Shown piece by piece: positions 41,966 to 52,439 of a stretch of 64,000 nt of DNA. The stretch is taken from contig OY969763.1 in assembly GCA_963702845.1 (NCBI GenBank), forward strand, positions 3,904,001 through 3,968,000. Direction: 5' to 3'. The notes under the pieces are model-generated. The model was not told the origin of the DNA. It saw nothing but the letters and a program-made list of their open reading frames with translations, and did not search any database. This stretch comes from an uncultured Verrucomicrobiae bacterium. GTDB lineage: Bacteria > Verrucomicrobiota > Verrucomicrobiia > Limisphaerales > Palsa-1400. How positions within the stretch are numbered: the first letter of the stretch is position 1; each line of letters begins with the position of its first letter. The position numbers and the translations under genes are program-made.

Positions 41966-43678
41966 ATGACTTTACCCAATATTCTACGGATCACGGCCCT
42001 GGCCGCTGCTGCGAACCTTCTGGTCGCCAGCGCCGACGCCAAGCTCGATTTCGTCAAAGACGTCAAACCCCTCCTCGAACAAAACTGCGTCTCCTGCCAC
42101 AACGAAAAGCACGCCGAAGAAAACGGCGGTTACCGACTCGACAACAAAGCCGGTGCGTTCAAGGCAAAGAGCAATCGCCAACGAATTCTTCCCCGTCATC
42201 CTGAGGACAGCATGGTCTACAAAACTCTTCTCTTGCCGAAGGAAGACGACAAACACATGCCGTGGGCGCCCGATCCGAAGGACCGCCAACAACTGCCGCA
42301 GAACGATATCAACACGATCAAAACCTGGATTGCCGAGGGCGCTGAATGGCCCGACAACCTGACGCTTACCAACGTCCTGAAGATCAATTTCGCGCGCGAC
42401 ATCGTCCCCATCCTCGAAAAAGCCGGACCTGTCGCAGCTGCTGATATCGTCACACTCCGCCTGTGGCTTGATCAAGGCGCAGTCTGGCCGAACGACGTAA
42501 AGGTTCCCGCCGCGAAGAAAAGCCCCAAAGTCGCCGCTGGCGCAACGATTGATTTCTCACGCGACGTTCTGCCGATTTTCGAAAACGGCGCTCCTCTCTC
42601 CAAAGCGGACATCGCAACCTTGCGTAAGTGGGTCGCTCAAGGCGCGCTTTGGCCGGAGAACGCCACCATCAGCGGCAAAAAAGGCGGCAAGGAAATGACT
42701 CTCATCGAAGAAATCCGCAAAAAAGTGATGCAGGTCAGCACGGAACAAACCGCCGCCGATATGAAGCCCTACACGAATACGATTGCCGGGACGACCGTCA
42801 ATTACGCCATGGTTCCGATTCCCGGTGGTGAATTCATGATGGGCAGCCCCGAATCTGAACCCAAGAGTTCCGCTGACGAACATCCGCAGCACAAAGTGAA
42901 GATTGACCCGTTCTGGATGGAACAGCACGAAGTCACCTGGAACGAATACGAACTCTGGATGTATCCCGACGAAAACAAGCCTCACAACACTAGCGTTACC
43001 ACCAATTACACCAGCGAATCAGCCGACGCCGTCACGCGCCCGACTAAGCCCTATGTCGAAATGAGCTTCGGCATGGGCAAAGACGGCTATCCGGCCATCA
43101 GCATGACGCAACATGCGGCCAACAAATATTGCCAATGGCTCAGCGCCAAAACCGGCCACTTCTATCGTTTGCCGACTGAAGCCGAGTGGGAATACGCCTG
43201 CCGCGCCGGAACGACAACCGCTTACTCCTTCGGCGATGATGCGTCGAAAATCGGCGAGTATGCGTGGTTCGGCGACAACAGCGATTTGAAATATCAAAAG
43301 GTCGGCAAGAAAAAGCCCAATCCGTGGGGCCTCTACGACATGCACGGCAACGTCGCCGAATGGTGCCTCGATCAATACGATCCCGATTACTACAAACAAT
43401 TCGCCAACACCGTCTCAACGGAACCCTGGAATGTCGCCAAAAAGCCGTATCCACACGCCGTCCGTGGCGGTTCATGGGATGCCGATGCCGATCGCCTTCG
43501 TAGCGCCTCACGCACCAACTCCAGTCCCGCGTGGAAAATGCAGGATCCGCAATTGCCCAAGAGCATTTGGTATTTGACCGATGCCCAATTCGTCGGCTTC
43601 CGCGTCATTCGTCCGCTCAAGGTGCCGACGGCAGAAGAAATGTTTAAATATTGGAACAGCGGCGTAGAAAAAGAATGA
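41966..43678 (+). CDS. Secreted Planctomycete-type cytochrome c domain + FGE/SUMF1-fold protein
   Basis: Signal peptide, DFVKDVKPLLEQNCVSCH, RLPTEAEWEYACRAG, GLYDMHGNVAEW, RGGSW, GFRV. Confidence 0.88.
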   Translation: MTLPNILRITALAAAANLLVASADAKLDFVKDVKPLLEQNCVSCHNEKHAEENGGYRLDNKAGAFKAKSNRQRILPRHPEDSMVYKTLLLPKEDDKHMPWAPDPKDRQQLPQNDINTIKTWIAEGAEWPDNLTLTNVLKINFARDIVPILEKAGPVAAADIVTLRLWLDQGAVWPNDVKVPAAKKSPKVAAGATIDFSRDVLPIFENGAPLSKADIATLRKWVAQGALWPENATISGKKGGKEMTLIEEIRKKVMQVSTEQTAADMKPYTNTIAGTTVNYAMVPIPGGEFMMGSPESEPKSSADEHPQHKVKIDPFWMEQHEVTWNEYELWMYPDENKPHNTSVTTNYTSESADAVTRPTKPYVEMSFGMGKDGYPAISMTQHAANKYCQWLSAKTGHFYRLPTEAEWEYACRAGTTTAYSFGDDASKIGEYAWFGDNSDLKYQKVGKKKPNPWGLYDMHGNVAEWCLDQYDPDYYKQFANTVSTEPWNVAKKPYPHAVRGGSWDADADRLRSASRTNSSPAWKMQDPQLPKSIWYLTDAQFVGFRVIRPLKVPTAEEMFKYWNSGVEKE

Positions 43679-43721
43679 CGTGACGCCAACGAACTTGATA
43701 CCGTTTTGCCAAATACCCCGT

Positions 43722-43744
43722 CTGAAGACTGAAAACTGAAAACT
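43722..43744 (+). repeat. Heptamer tandem CTGAARA x3
   Basis: ctgaaga ctgaaaa ctgaaaa ct in the intergenic region. Confidence 0.6.
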
Positions 43745-43758
43745 AACAAACTCGCTTT

Positions 43759-45165
43759 ATGACACCCCAAGATCCAAAAGGCCAATACAGCCGTCGCAAT
43801 TTCCTCAAGACAACTGGCGCAGCTGCCGCAGGTGGTTCCATCTTGATCCCCCTTGCTGGCTGTCACACTCCGGAAAAGAAAACCACTCTCGCAACTGTCG
43901 CCACTGCGGCAGCCGCCACTCCCGTTTTCGCCCAACACACCGACACCTTGAAAATCGCGCTCATCGGTTGCGGTGGCCGCGGCACTGGCGCTTGCGGTCA
44001 GGCCTTGAACACCGAAGGGCCGGTCAAACTCGTCGCCATGGCCGACGTCTTTCGCGATCGTCTCGATAGCGCCTTGAACACGCTCAAAGACGAAGTGACC
44101 AAGCGCAACCAACCCGAGCGCATCGACGTTCCCGAAGAAAACAAATTCGTCGGCTTTGACGCTTATAAAAAGGCCATTGCTCTTGCCGACGTCGTCATCC
44201 TTGCGACACCTCCCGGTTTCCGCCCGATGACCTTCGAAGAAGCCGTCAAACAAGGCAAAAACATTTTCATGGAAAAACCGGTCGCAGTTGATGCTCCCGG
44301 TATTCGTAGAGTCCTCGCCGCTGCCCAGGAAGCGAAAGCGAAGAATTTGAAAGTAGGCGTCGGTCTCCAACGCCATCATCAAGCTGGCTATATCGAATCA
44401 CTCAAGCGCATTCACGACGGCGCCATTGGTGACGTCGTCGCCATGCGCGCCTACTGGAATGGAAACACGCCTTGGGTCCACCCTCGCGCCAAACTGGAAG
44501 AAGAGGCCGGTCGCAAACTGACCGAAATGGAATACCAGATGCGCAACTGGTATTACTTCGTCTGGATCTGCGGCGATCACATCGTCGAACAACACATCCA
44601 CAACCTCGACGTCATCAACTGGATTAAAGGCGGTCACCCTGTCAAAGCCCGTGGTAACGGCGGTTGCGAAACTCGCAGAGGCAAAGATTACGGTGAAATT
44701 TTCGACCATCACGTCGTCGAGTTCGAATACGCCGACGGTTCGGTGTGCTTCAGCCAATGCCGCCATCAACAAGGTTGCTGGAACGAAGTTGCTGAGTACG
44801 CCATCGGCACCAAAGGCAAAGCCAATTTGAGCGACGGACGCTGGACAATCACCGGCACTGAGAAATGGATGCACAAAGCCAAGGACAAGCGCGAAAAATA
44901 TCAGCAGGAACACGACGATCTTTTCGCCGCCATCCGCAGCAACACGCCTTACAACGAAGTTGAATACGGCGCGCATAGCACGATGACGTCAATCTTCGGT
45001 CGTATGGCTACCTATTCTGGTAAAGAACTCGATTGGGATGCCGCCATCGCGTCGAACATCGACACCATGCCCAAGACGCTCGCGTGGGATGCAGAAACTC
45101 CCACAAAACCCGGAGCCGACGGCATGTATCAATTGGCCATTCCCGGCCAAACCGTGACCGTATAA
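43759..45165 (+). CDS. Tat-exported Gfo/Idh/MocA oxidoreductase
   Basis: SRRNFLK, IGCGGRG, TPPGFRP, EKP, DHIVEQHIHNLD. Confidence 0.9.
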   Translation: MTPQDPKGQYSRRNFLKTTGAAAAGGSILIPLAGCHTPEKKTTLATVATAAAATPVFAQHTDTLKIALIGCGGRGTGACGQALNTEGPVKLVAMADVFRDRLDSALNTLKDEVTKRNQPERIDVPEENKFVGFDAYKKAIALADVVILATPPGFRPMTFEEAVKQGKNIFMEKPVAVDAPGIRRVLAAAQEAKAKNLKVGVGLQRHHQAGYIESLKRIHDGAIGDVVAMRAYWNGNTPWVHPRAKLEEEAGRKLTEMEYQMRNWYYFVWICGDHIVEQHIHNLDVINWIKGGHPVKARGNGGCETRRGKDYGEIFDHHVVEFEYADGSVCFSQCRHQQGCWNEVAEYAIGTKGKANLSDGRWTITGTEKWMHKAKDKREKYQQEHDDLFAAIRSNTPYNEVEYGAHSTMTSIFGRMATYSGKELDWDAAIASNIDTMPKTLAWDAETPTKPGADGMYQLAIPGQTVTV

Positions 45166-45182
45166 CACGCAGTCCAAATTCT

Positions 45183-45271
45183 GTCCCGAAGGGACATGTG
45201 AGAATAGCCCGGCGTTTTTAACGCCGGGCTATTCATTTGTGGGGAAAATAAGTCCCGACGGGACGGCTGAA
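45183..45271. repeat. Composite REP-like element / probable bidirectional terminator between convergent genes
   Basis: gtccc-gaa-gggac, perfect 15 bp stem gaatagcccggcgtt/aacgccgggctattc (45202-45234), second gtcccgacgggac. Confidence 0.75.
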
Positions 45272-45275
45272 AAAA

Positions 45276-46274
45276 TCACTCTACGCGACTCGGAAACCTC
45301 GGCGACTGCACCCGCTGTACAACATCCCCCGGCTCCCTCAAAATCCGCACCAAAACCCCAGAAACCGATCGCGCGAACTTCATCCCCTCGAGCGGCCCAA
45401 GCACACTCACCGGCTTCGAAACCGCATCCGCCGTCGTCGCATCCGGCGCGATCACCGTCACCAAACTATGATCCGTCAAACCAACCCCGGTCCGCGGATC
45501 CACAATGTGCGAATAACGTTTCCCATCGATTTCAAGCCGCTGAAACATATCCCCCGAAGTCGCGAGCCCACAATTTTTAATCAACACGAATTCTTTCGCA
45601 GCATTCGTCTCCACAGACGACAGTTCCACCTTCCAACCGTCTTTCCCAGGAGGAACGTCACTCACCGCCATATCACCACCACCAGAAACCAACGCCCGCA
45701 CCACGCCATTTGTTTTCAGCACCTTCATCGCTGCATCCAACGCGTAGCCTTTGCCGATCCCGCCAACGTCCAATCGCATGTCAGGAACCAGCAATTCCAC
45801 CGTGCGTTCCTTGGGATTCAATCGCACCTTTTTGTATCCAACCGCTTTGCGCGCGCGTTCCAATTTAACCGGATCCGGCAATCGCTTCACCTGTCGAGCA
45901 TATCGCCAAAGATTCACCACCGGGCCAACCGTCACGTCGAACGCTCCCCGGCTTTTCTCCGAAAAAAACTGCGCTCGAGATAAAACATTCCAAAGATCGT
46001 CACTCACATGCACAGCCCTGCCGGAACCAGACGTGTGCGACAACCGGCTCAGTTCACTATCCGAATCGTAATCGCTAAGAATATCGTTGAGCTGTTTGAC
46101 GCGCGCGAATGCAGCCCCCGAAGCACGCTGAGCCTGCGCTGAATCATTGGCATAGAGGACTATTCGAAACGGCAATCCCATTTCCGTCTCGCTGAATTCA
46201 AACCGTTGCAGTTTTTCTCCAGCAACACCCGCGATCGAAAACGCGAGGCAAACAACTAATGCAATAAATCTCAC
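45276..46274 (-). CDS. apbE: FAD:protein FMN transferase ApbE
   Basis: EMGLPFRI, SELSRL, AFDVTVGP, DVGGIGKGYA, ATSGD, YSHIVDPRTG. Confidence 0.92.
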   Translation of the reverse strand: MRFIALVVCLAFSIAGVAGEKLQRFEFSETEMGLPFRIVLYANDSAQAQRASGAAFARVKQLNDILSDYDSDSELSRLSHTSGSGRAVHVSDDLWNVLSRAQFFSEKSRGAFDVTVGPVVNLWRYARQVKRLPDPVKLERARKAVGYKKVRLNPKERTVELLVPDMRLDVGGIGKGYALDAAMKVLKTNGVVRALVSGGGDMAVSDVPPGKDGWKVELSSVETNAAKEFVLIKNCGLATSGDMFQRLEIDGKRYSHIVDPRTGVGLTDHSLVTVIAPDATTADAVSKPVSVLGPLEGMKFARSVSGVLVRILREPGDVVQRVQSPRFPSRVE

Positions 46275-46370
46275 AAAACTGTCTCGTAGCAACTGATGTA
46301 AGGAAGCTCTAACTCGCCACATAGCGCGCGCCGAATAAATTAGAGCGTCCTAACGCCTGCCGCTACCAAT

Positions 46371-47720
46371 TTATTGAGCCTTCGCTTTCTTCGCTTGCTT
46401 CTTCAATTTGTGAGCATGCCGACCCGAGCCGTCGCCATCATCCTGCTTCCCGCCGGCAGGATTCAATTTGTCCAACACCGCCTGCAAACGTTCACGGGCG
46501 GCTTTGGTTTCATCGTTGTCGTTTGTGGAAGTGATCGGCTTTTCTTCGTAAGGCGCATCGCTCAAATCAAAAAGTTCCCCGCCTTTCGTGAGTTTGTAAC
46601 GCCCATCGCGCACATACCATTTGTTGCCAAGTTCAACAAACACCCAATTGCGCGACTTGCCCTTCTCGCCCCGAATCTGCGCAGCGAAACTGCGACCATC
46701 CATTGTTACGCCATCGGGCAACTTCGCTCCAGCAATCTCCGCAATCGTCGGAACAAAATCACTGAAATCGGTTAGGTCATTGTTCACCACTCCCGGCGGA
46801 GTCGTGCCCGGCCAATTCACGATCAACGGCACACGGCTTCCGCCCTCCAGCAATTCACCTTTATGTCCATTAATATGGCGGTCGTTCAATGTCGAACGGT
46901 CCGAATCCTTATGAGCCGTGCCGTTGTCGCCTGCGAACAACACCAAAGTTTTCTCGCGCAATTTCAAGGCATCCAATTCATCCATCAATTTTCCAACGAG
47001 CTCGTCCATATAAGTAATGTTCTCGGCGAAAAGATCTTTGCTCTCAGGAGTGCTGTCCGGCGTTTGGCGCATCGGCTCGTGAATGTGTACCATCGGATAA
47101 TAAAGAAAGAACGGCTCGTCCCGATGTTTGCGAATGAAGTTGACGGCGAACTCGTGGACCAGGTCCGGCATGTATTCTTTAGCGTGCAGTGTTTTCGTCA
47201 CGCCGTTTACGGTGTAGAGCGTCTTGGCATTGGGCTTGTCCTTATTTTGACCGGCATGATCGCCCTTCCAGTAAACGCCGCTGCCTTGAAAACGGAAATA
47301 TTCGTCGAACCCAAAATCACCTGGCTGGAGCGGTAATTGCCCCCATTTACCGGAAGACGCGCTGACGTAGCCTGCAGGCTTCAAAATTTTCGCAATCATC
47401 ATCTCGTTCTGAGGCTTGACCAACAACCCGCTGTCATTCCCCGTCATACCTGTTTGGAACGCGTATCGGCCGGTCAACAACTCACACCGCGACGGCCCGC
47501 ACAGCGGTGCTGCATACGAATACGTGAAACGCGTCCCCGCTTTAGCCATCGCATCAATGTGCGGCGTCTTAAACTTGTCCGCACCGTAACAACTGATGTT
47601 CCCCAAACCAACATCGTCAGAAAGGATCAGGATAATGTTTGGCTTCGACGCCTTCTCCGCTGCCTGACAACTGAGCGCAACAACGCAAAAAAGCACGATC
47701 GCGGTAACGAGGGATCTCAT
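46371..47720 (-). CDS. Secreted Cys-type sulfatase
   Basis: PNIILILSDD, CGPSR, GKW, DNG, EGGSRVP. Confidence 0.92.
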   Translation of the reverse strand: MRSLVTAIVLFCVVALSCQAAEKASKPNIILILSDDVGLGNISCYGADKFKTPHIDAMAKAGTRFTYSYAAPLCGPSRCELLTGRYAFQTGMTGNDSGLLVKPQNEMMIAKILKPAGYVSASSGKWGQLPLQPGDFGFDEYFRFQGSGVYWKGDHAGQNKDKPNAKTLYTVNGVTKTLHAKEYMPDLVHEFAVNFIRKHRDEPFFLYYPMVHIHEPMRQTPDSTPESKDLFAENITYMDELVGKLMDELDALKLREKTLVLFAGDNGTAHKDSDRSTLNDRHINGHKGELLEGGSRVPLIVNWPGTTPPGVVNNDLTDFSDFVPTIAEIAGAKLPDGVTMDGRSFAAQIRGEKGKSRNWVFVELGNKWYVRDGRYKLTKGGELFDLSDAPYEEKPITSTNDNDETKAARERLQAVLDKLNPAGGKQDDGDGSGRHAHKLKKQAKKAKAQ

Positions 47721-47898
47721 GGCTTTGCAGACGCAATCCAATCCATCGAAGTTACGCATTACCAGGTTAGGCGTTCCCCATTGCGGTGTCGTAGAATATT
47801 ACCGTATGTTTGCTGCATGACGCTTGCCGAGCTCCAGCGAAAACCTGCCGCACTTCACGCAAAAAATTTGTAACTGCAGTGCAAAAACGTACAAGCTG

Positions 47899-48861
47899 AT
47901 GACCACCCCTCTGCTCGACATCAAAAATCTCCAAATCGATTTCACCTCGAATGACGAAACGGTTCGGGCGGTCGATGGAGTTTCACTATCGATTGCAGCA
48001 GGAGAGACACTGTGCATCGTCGGCGAAAGCGGATGTGGTAAAAGCGCAACCGCGCTTTCGATTGCCCGTCTCCTGCCAACCCCACCAGCACGATTTTCCG
48101 GCGGCGAAATTCTGGTCGAAGGAAAGGATGTGCTCAAAGTCTCGAAGGCCGACTTGCGCCGCATTCGCGGACGCGTCGTCAGTTACGTTTTCCAGGACGC
48201 GAGTGTCTCGCTCAATCCTGTTTTCCAGATCGGCACGCAAATCAAAGAAATGCTCAAACTGCATCGACCTGAAGTTGCCAACGACGACGAAGTCGTCCGT
48301 TTGTTAAAGCTGGTCGGCATTCCCGCCCCCGAATCGCGCTTAAAAAATTATCCGCACGAAATGTCCGGTGGAATGCAACAGCGCGTGATGATTGCGATGG
48401 CGTTGGCGTCGCAGCCTAAGTTGCTGATTGCTGACGAACCGACGACCGCCCTCGACGTCACGATCCAGGCGCAGATTTTGGAACTGCTCAGAGAGCTTAA
48501 GCAACGCCTCGGCATGAGCCTGCTTCTCATCACCCACAACTTGGGAATCGTTGGCGAAATCGCCGACCGCGTTGCCGTGATGTATGCAGGTCAAATCGTA
48601 GAGATAGCGCCGGCGCGCGATTTGTTAAAACGTCCTTTGCATCCCTACACCCGCGCGCTGATGAATTCAGTGCCAAAGCTCGGAGCCGACGTTGATCGTC
48701 TCACTGCCATTTCCGGAACCGTGCCACGACCAGTCAACTTTCCCAAAGGCTGCCGGTTTTTTCCCCGCTGCCCAAGCGCAAAGCCAGAGTGCGCAAACAC
48801 CATGCCGGAGTTGGTCGAAGTCGAACCGCAACGATGGTTACGGTGTTTATATCAAACCTAA
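47899..48861 (+). CDS. Oligopeptide/dipeptide ABC transporter ATP-binding protein (OppD/DppD-like)
   Basis: [30 protein letters not shown]-terminal GCRFFPRC. Confidence 0.92.
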   Translation: MTTPLLDIKNLQIDFTSNDETVRAVDGVSLSIAAGETLCIVGESGCGKSATALSIARLLPTPPARFSGGEILVEGKDVLKVSKADLRRIRGRVVSYVFQDASVSLNPVFQIGTQIKEMLKLHRPEVANDDEVVRLLKLVGIPAPESRLKNYPHEMSGGMQQRVMIAMALASQPKLLIADEPTTALDVTIQAQILELLRELKQRLGMSLLLITHNLGIVGEIADRVAVMYAGQIVEIAPARDLLKRPLHPYTRALMNSVPKLGADVDRLTAISGTVPRPVNFPKGCRFFPRCPSAKPECANTMPELVEVEPQRWLRCLYQT

Positions 48862-50638
48862 AGTTTTAGCGGGTAACTCCAAACCCAGTCTCCGGCCGTT
48901 TCAGTGTCGCGCACAACTCCACCATCATCCTTTTCGTTCCAACCCAAAGAATATAGGGAAAACCCTTCTTCTCTGCGACTGTAGTGCAGCGGCTCGCCAT
49001 TCACGATATCGACTGGGATTGTGTCGGCGTATACAGGCATCAGTGCTTTCAGATTTCCGGAAATCGTCCGTTCGCCAAACGGTAACGCTCAAGCGCGCAC
49101 GCCAAATAACAACAATTCACATAGGTTTGATTGCGGCCCATCGTTGATATCGCTTTCATGAAATTTGGAAGCGCCATCGAAGCCAAAAACTGATACGGCC
49201 GCAGCGGGCCCCTAAGTTTGCTTTCAAACGTCGTGAATGCATTGGCCCGTTGTGGCGATATCCTGCCATGCGGCGAATTAACGCAGTCCACCAGTTGCTG
49301 AAGGATCATCGCATCCAAAACCATGTTTTGCTGACGCCAGCCCCGTGGAACCGTTAGCATCACAAGATAGAACGGACTCCGACAACGTTGCCAAAAATCG
49401 TTATCTTTGAATTTAGAATCGAACATTTTCGCCAGTTCGCGAGCCGAGCTTTGTTCAAAAAGTTGGCATTCAGCCGCGCGTTCGGATTGGAAGGACGTTT
49501 GAAGAAGCGGAGGCAGACTGACCTCCTCCAATTGCGCTTCGAGAACTTTCAGTTCTGCATCGTGCCAGGCGTGAAGACGCAAACCGTCGGCAACGACGTT
49601 TACATACACGCCCTGGATAGCGACATTGATCATCGCGGCTACGAGTGTCATCGGCTTGCCACTTGGCCGAGCTTCCAACGTGCGGCATAGATTATGGATA
49701 AACGTCAGTTGTTCGAGCGCTTTGTCCGGCTGATTTAGAACGAGGTAACATTGCGCGCGTTGACAAAGCGTCTGGGATATTTGTCGAAGCGTCACAAAAT
49801 TGGGGATTGGACTGTTGAACGCATGTTCGTAATCGCCGTCCATCCGAGCAAACGGTCGACTGAGCGCCGCGCGGATCGGGTCGAAATGCGGATCAATCTC
49901 GTCGCACCATCGCAAGTAATCTGCGGCCAGATAAAAACCGCTGTTGGAAACCAGCCGGAACGAATCCTTCGCCACGGTTTCAATTTTCAAATCAGCAGCG
50001 CGACCGTCCTTGGCCCCAACTGAAAAAAATGCGCGACCGGGAGCAAACAGTTTTTGCAAGTCGAGCCCGGAAAACGATTTCTCGGATTGAACGAAAATGG
50101 TGCTGATATGTTGCTGGTCAGGACTTCGATCAAGAAGCGTAAATTTCATCGAACCAACTGTGAATCGACCCAAAACATTCTTAATAAACGCTTCTGTTTT
50201 CGTGGGTGCCTCTGGGTCGTCAATTTGAATCAAAAGATCACTTCCTTTTAGCGGGGCCTTTGGATCCGCATGAATGACCGCGATGTCCGCAACGACAATA
50301 GGATCTTTGGCAACAGGCAACTGGCCGATGGCTTTTGAAAGCTCGGTGGCGCCGCGCCCCGTCAGCCACTCAGCCATCTTCGGCGCCTTGAAGAAGTTCT
50401 GTTCGTCCAGCACGGGTGGAGGAATGAAAGCATTCCAATCAACACTTTCGCCTTTCGCCTCAATTTCACGTTTACACTTTTCCCAGGCCCGTTTGCCGCG
50501 CCAATCTTCTACGGCATAGAATCCAGCCACTACTGTGATAAAACCGACCAGGACGAGAAGGCGACGTCGCCACCGGGTCAGATTCAAATGAGGGTTGTTG
50601 GTTTCGATATTTGGGGAGTTATTCATGTCGTTATCCAA
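48858..50638 (-). CDS. Membrane-anchored hypothetical protein with pseudopilin-like C-terminal tail (frameshift near 49050)
   Basis: N-terminal TM + FYAVEDWRGKRAW; ACALERYRLANGRFP, then IPVDIVNGEPLHY..LYSLGWNEKDDGG..DWVW. Confidence 0.7.
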
Positions 50639-51050
50639 TGGAAATCAACCGCGCCTCACTGCGTGGAGAGATGGGACGTGGCTTTGGACGATCGATCGGC
50701 TCGGGCACAGACGGCTTCATTAATTCTGCCAATATGGTCTGTTGTTCCTTCCACCGAACGCCCACCTCAATTGAGATTCCGCCTTTGGCCTCACGAATGC
50801 CGCTGTGATCTGCAGTCACGACCCAAGTCGTCAGAATCATCACCCAAGCGAAGGCGTAACCAAGCCAGATGCGTCGCGCGGGAAGAACCAATTCACTCCA
50901 AAGCAGTTCGACGAGCGATCTCCTATCGCGTTCCCTGACCTCGTTCGACCTGCTTCCAAGCGTTTGAGCGATCACGTCCGCCTGAATTTGTTTCAGCCGC
51001 GCATCGGCTGACTGATGTTGTTCACGTAAAATTTGACGCGGAGTTTTCAT
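50631..51050 (-). CDS. Putative anti-sigma membrane protein
   Basis: Single TM after LWSELVLPARRIW; ATGA overlap with the sigma gene. Confidence 0.55.
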   Translation of the reverse strand: MKTPRQILREQHQSADARLKQIQADVIAQTLGSRSNEVRERDRRSLVELLWSELVLPARRIWLGYAFAWVMILTTWVVTADHSGIREAKGGISIEVGVRWKEQQTILAELMKPSVPEPIDRPKPRPISPRSEARLISIG

Positions 51051-51601
51051 ACACCTCTTTCCTTCCACAATCGTTTAAGTGCTTTCTTTCCGTAATGCAG
51101 CCGCGATTTGACGGTGCCAATCGAAACCTCGGTGCTGGCTGCGATTTCTTCGAGAGACAGTTCATCGAGAAAAAACAATACGATCACGGATCGTTGCACG
51201 GTCGGAACGTCTGCCAGGAGATTTAGGAAGTCTCGTTTCTGTTCTTCACGAACGAGCATTTCGCGCGGATCGGGTTCGAATTGGGCTGCATCCTCTTCCA
51301 ACCCATCAAATGCGGCTTGTTCGCGTTCGCTCTTACGCCAGAGTTGAATGCATTTCTGGTGCGCAATCCCGAACAGCCAACTCGCGAACTTGCCATCGTC
51401 GCGCAAACTGCCGATATGGCGGATCGCGCTGATCATCGTTTCCTGCACGATGTCGAAAGCCGCCTGTTCATTTCGAATGCTCTCAAAAACATAAACAAAC
51501 AAAGGCAAGCGGTAACGCTGGAACAACACATTCCAAGCGTCGGCATCTCCATTTCTGGCTTGCGATACAGGTAACTGTTCGCGTTCGCTCACTCCTGCCA
51601 T
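51047..51601 (-). CDS. ECF sigma factor
   Basis: DIVQET, FASWLFGIA, SLEEIA..GTVKSRLHYG. Confidence 0.92.
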   Translation of the reverse strand: MAGVSEREQLPVSQARNGDADAWNVLFQRYRLPLFVYVFESIRNEQAAFDIVQETMISAIRHIGSLRDDGKFASWLFGIAHQKCIQLWRKSEREQAAFDGLEEDAAQFEPDPREMLVREEQKRDFLNLLADVPTVQRSVIVLFFLDELSLEEIAASTEVSIGTVKSRLHYGKKALKRLWKERGV

Positions 51602-51669
51602 TTACAGACAGTGGAATGGCGAAAGCGAGAAAAGGTTCAACGCTTCGATAATTAGTTTATTGCAACCAC

Positions 51670-52356
51670 TTAGGCGGCGACTAATTCGCGCCGCACCGGT
51701 CGCGCCTTGAGGGCTTCGTAGCGGCGGCTCAACTCTTCTTTGGCAAGAACTTCGAACCAGCCCTTGTAAGTCTTCCGTGGCGGCTTTCTTGAGTATTCCG
51801 TGAGAGAACGTTCGATCACCGTCTGTAAAATGGCATCGGCATTGATCGAATTGATTGGAACCCGACCGGCCACTTCGTCGCGGCGAATCATGTGGGTTAT
51901 ATCCGACAACAGCCTACTGCGATGTTGGGACAACATTTCCATCAGCATTTCTGGCACCGGCTGATCGGAAACGAACTCGGAAACAGCTTGAAACCAGAGC
52001 ACCTTTTTATCGTCCGATCCAGCGCGACGCTCCCGACGTCCCCAATTGGCGTCGCCGCGCAGTTCGGACTTATGCCTCTTGATCTCGCGCACCAGCGTAT
52101 CTGCCGCCCGATCGAACGCCGTCATCATATTATCGGCGTCTTTGGTTGCATTAAGCATTCGCGCTGGCAAGCGCAGGTGCAGTTTCGCGGTGTACCAGTC
52201 TTTTTTAACATTTTTTTCAAGACTGATGTCCAAATGAACCGTTCCCTGTGGAAAGTGTGATAAATGTTTTTTGATCGAATCGAGTCGAGGTCCAAATTTT
52301 AATCCGAGGTTTTCTGCGTGAATGTTTCTTGTAGTAGAATGCCACGTGTAGGTCAT
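51670..52356 (-). CDS. HPF/RaiA-family ribosome-associated protein with C-terminal extension
   Basis: YTAKLHLRLP..LNA..AFDRAADTLVREIKRHK; GGAGG Shine-Dalgarno upstream. Confidence 0.7.
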   Translation of the reverse strand: MTYTWHSTTRNIHAENLGLKFGPRLDSIKKHLSHFPQGTVHLDISLEKNVKKDWYTAKLHLRLPARMLNATKDADNMMTAFDRAADTLVREIKRHKSELRGDANWGRRERRAGSDDKKVLWFQAVSEFVSDQPVPEMLMEMLSQHRSRLLSDITHMIRRDEVAGRVPINSINADAILQTVIERSLTEYSRKPPRKTYKGWFEVLAKEELSRRYEALKARPVRRELVAA

Positions 52357-52439
52357 GTTTCCTCCCTGGGTACAATATTGGCCGGAAAGCCGTTTTGGCA
52401 AAGGCTCGCAAATCACCGCAAAATCTGTAAGCTTTACCC

